A stretch of DNA of 64,000 nt. Source: Myxococcota bacterium (GTDB lineage Bacteria; Myxococcota_A; UBA796; UBA2385). Positions 62,990 through 64,000 of this stretch are shown piece by piece. The notes under the pieces were generated by a model that was not told where the DNA came from, did not search any database, and worked only from the letters and a program-made list of their open reading frames with translations. Location of the stretch: contig JBIJDH010000010.1 of NCBI GenBank assembly GCA_044344255.1, positions 128,001 through 192,000 of the forward strand, read 5' to 3'. Numbering within the stretch: the first letter of the stretch is position 1; each line of letters begins with the position of its first letter. The position numbers and the translations under genes are program-made.

Positions 62990-63087
62990 GGGACACCTCC
63001 GGGGCCGCCCGCTAACCCGCCCGCTCGGCGAGGGGCGCCTGCGCCACGTCGGTCCCGGTGGGGTATCTGGGACCACCGGAGCCCCGC

Positions 63088-64000
63088 ATGGCCAACCTCG
63101 GCTACCTCCAGCTCACCCGAAATTGTTACCAGCGGTGCCGCTTCTGCTCGAACCCGCCCACGGGGGTGGACTTGAGCGAGGAGGAGATGCGCGCCCTCAT
63201 CGATGATCTCGTGGTCATGGGCTACGACGGCGTGATCCTCACCGGCGGCGAGCCCACGCTCTCCCCCCTGCTCTTCCCGGCCCTGCGCTACGCCGCCGAG
63301 CGCGGCCTCTACAGCCGGATGATCACCAACGGCCAGCTCCTCGCCGACAAGGCCTTCTTCCGCCGCTGCGTCGAGGCCGGCCTCACCCACATCCACGCCA
63401 GCCTGCACAGCTACCGGCCCGAGGTGCACGACTTCATCACGAAGTACCCCGACGCCTGGCGCACGTTGACCACGGCCCTCGGCCACGTGCCCGAGCTCGG
63501 CATCACGAGCGACATCAACACGGTCATCAACGTCTACAACGCCGACCACCTCCACGAGACCGTGATGTGGATCTGCGACCGCTTCCCCTTCATCCGGCAC
63601 TTCGTCTGGAACAACATGGACCCGGACGGCAACCGCGCCGAAGAGAACCCGGACTGCATCCCCCGCCACGACGAGTTCATGGTCAGCCTCGAGCTGGCGA
63701 TGGAGTACCTCCACCAGACCGGCCGCAGCTTCCGCGCCGAGCGGGTGCCCCTCTGCTACATGCGGCGCTTCGCCTGGGCCTCCACCGAGACGCGAAAGAT
63801 CGTCAAGGAGGAGGAGCGCTGCATCCGCTTCCTCGACCAGAAGGGCTTCGTCCACCAGACCGAGTTCCTGCACGGCAAGGGCGCGGCCTGCGACGTCTGC
63901 CGCTGGGACCCCATCTGCGCCGGCATGTACTCGATGGCCAAGACCTACGACGAGCGGGAGCTCTCCCCCCTCTTCGAAGACCCGCTGCCCGTCATCACCG
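63088..64000 (+). CDS. Radical SAM protein (HxsC-like layout), 3' end outside window
   Basis: Hand translation [22 protein letters not shown] (CxxxCxxC), [25 protein letters not shown]. Confidence 0.88.
   Translation, partial: MANLGYLQLTRNCYQRCRFCSNPPTGVDLSEEEMRALIDDLVVMGYDGVILTGGEPTLSPLLFPALRYAAERGLYSRMITNGQLLADKAFFRRCVEAGLTHIHASLHSYRPEVHDFITKYPDAWRTLTTALGHVPELGITSDINTVINVYNADHLHETVMWICDRFPFIRHFVWNNMDPDGNRAEENPDCIPRHDEFMVSLELAMEYLHQTGRSFRAERVPLCYMRRFAWASTETRKIVKEEERCIRFLDQKGFVHQTEFLHGKGAACDVCRWDPICAGMYSMAKTYDERELSPLFEDPLPVIT

Overview
High-GC bacterial chromosome segment, most likely from a Myxococcota-like lineage. That assignment is inferred from an AgmX/PglI-like domain, a TraB-like OmpA/TSP3 protein, a MYXO-CTERM-like tail, Cys/Asp-rich repeats and acidic lipoprotein linkers. 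The core is the minus-strand cluster tRNA-Thr/Tyr/Gly/Thr-tuf-secE-nusG-rplK-rplA-rplJ-rplL-rpoB-rpoC (7959-22644); it lacks rpmG and tRNA-Trp, and rpoC carries a ~200-aa non-intein insertion. Downstream of rpoC (about 0.95-7.9 kb) lies a scar-rich region: ISAs1 and IS3-family remnants, a truncated antitoxin, a frameshifted PIN toxin, a 108-bp diverged copy of an internal piece of rpoC, and intact sulfatase-like, EF-hand and SGNH genes. The rest (22.7-64 kb) is mostly envelope and signalling genes. These include a metalloprotease-like lipoprotein without HEXXH, a parS-like site, an 8-gene coupled operon (LpoB/YcfL lipoprotein module, atypical KAS III, acyltransferase, reductase, sulfatase-like protein), tandem paralogous lipoproteins behind PhoB/OmpR-like repeats, and a traAB-like gene pair whose TraA position holds a different domain set. 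Also present are an SMI1/KNR4-TPR-HEAT protein, an FHA protein, a Ser/Thr kinase, ppa with a probable CTG start, and a radical SAM gene cut by the window edge. All family calls come from recognising motifs by eye; no searches were run.
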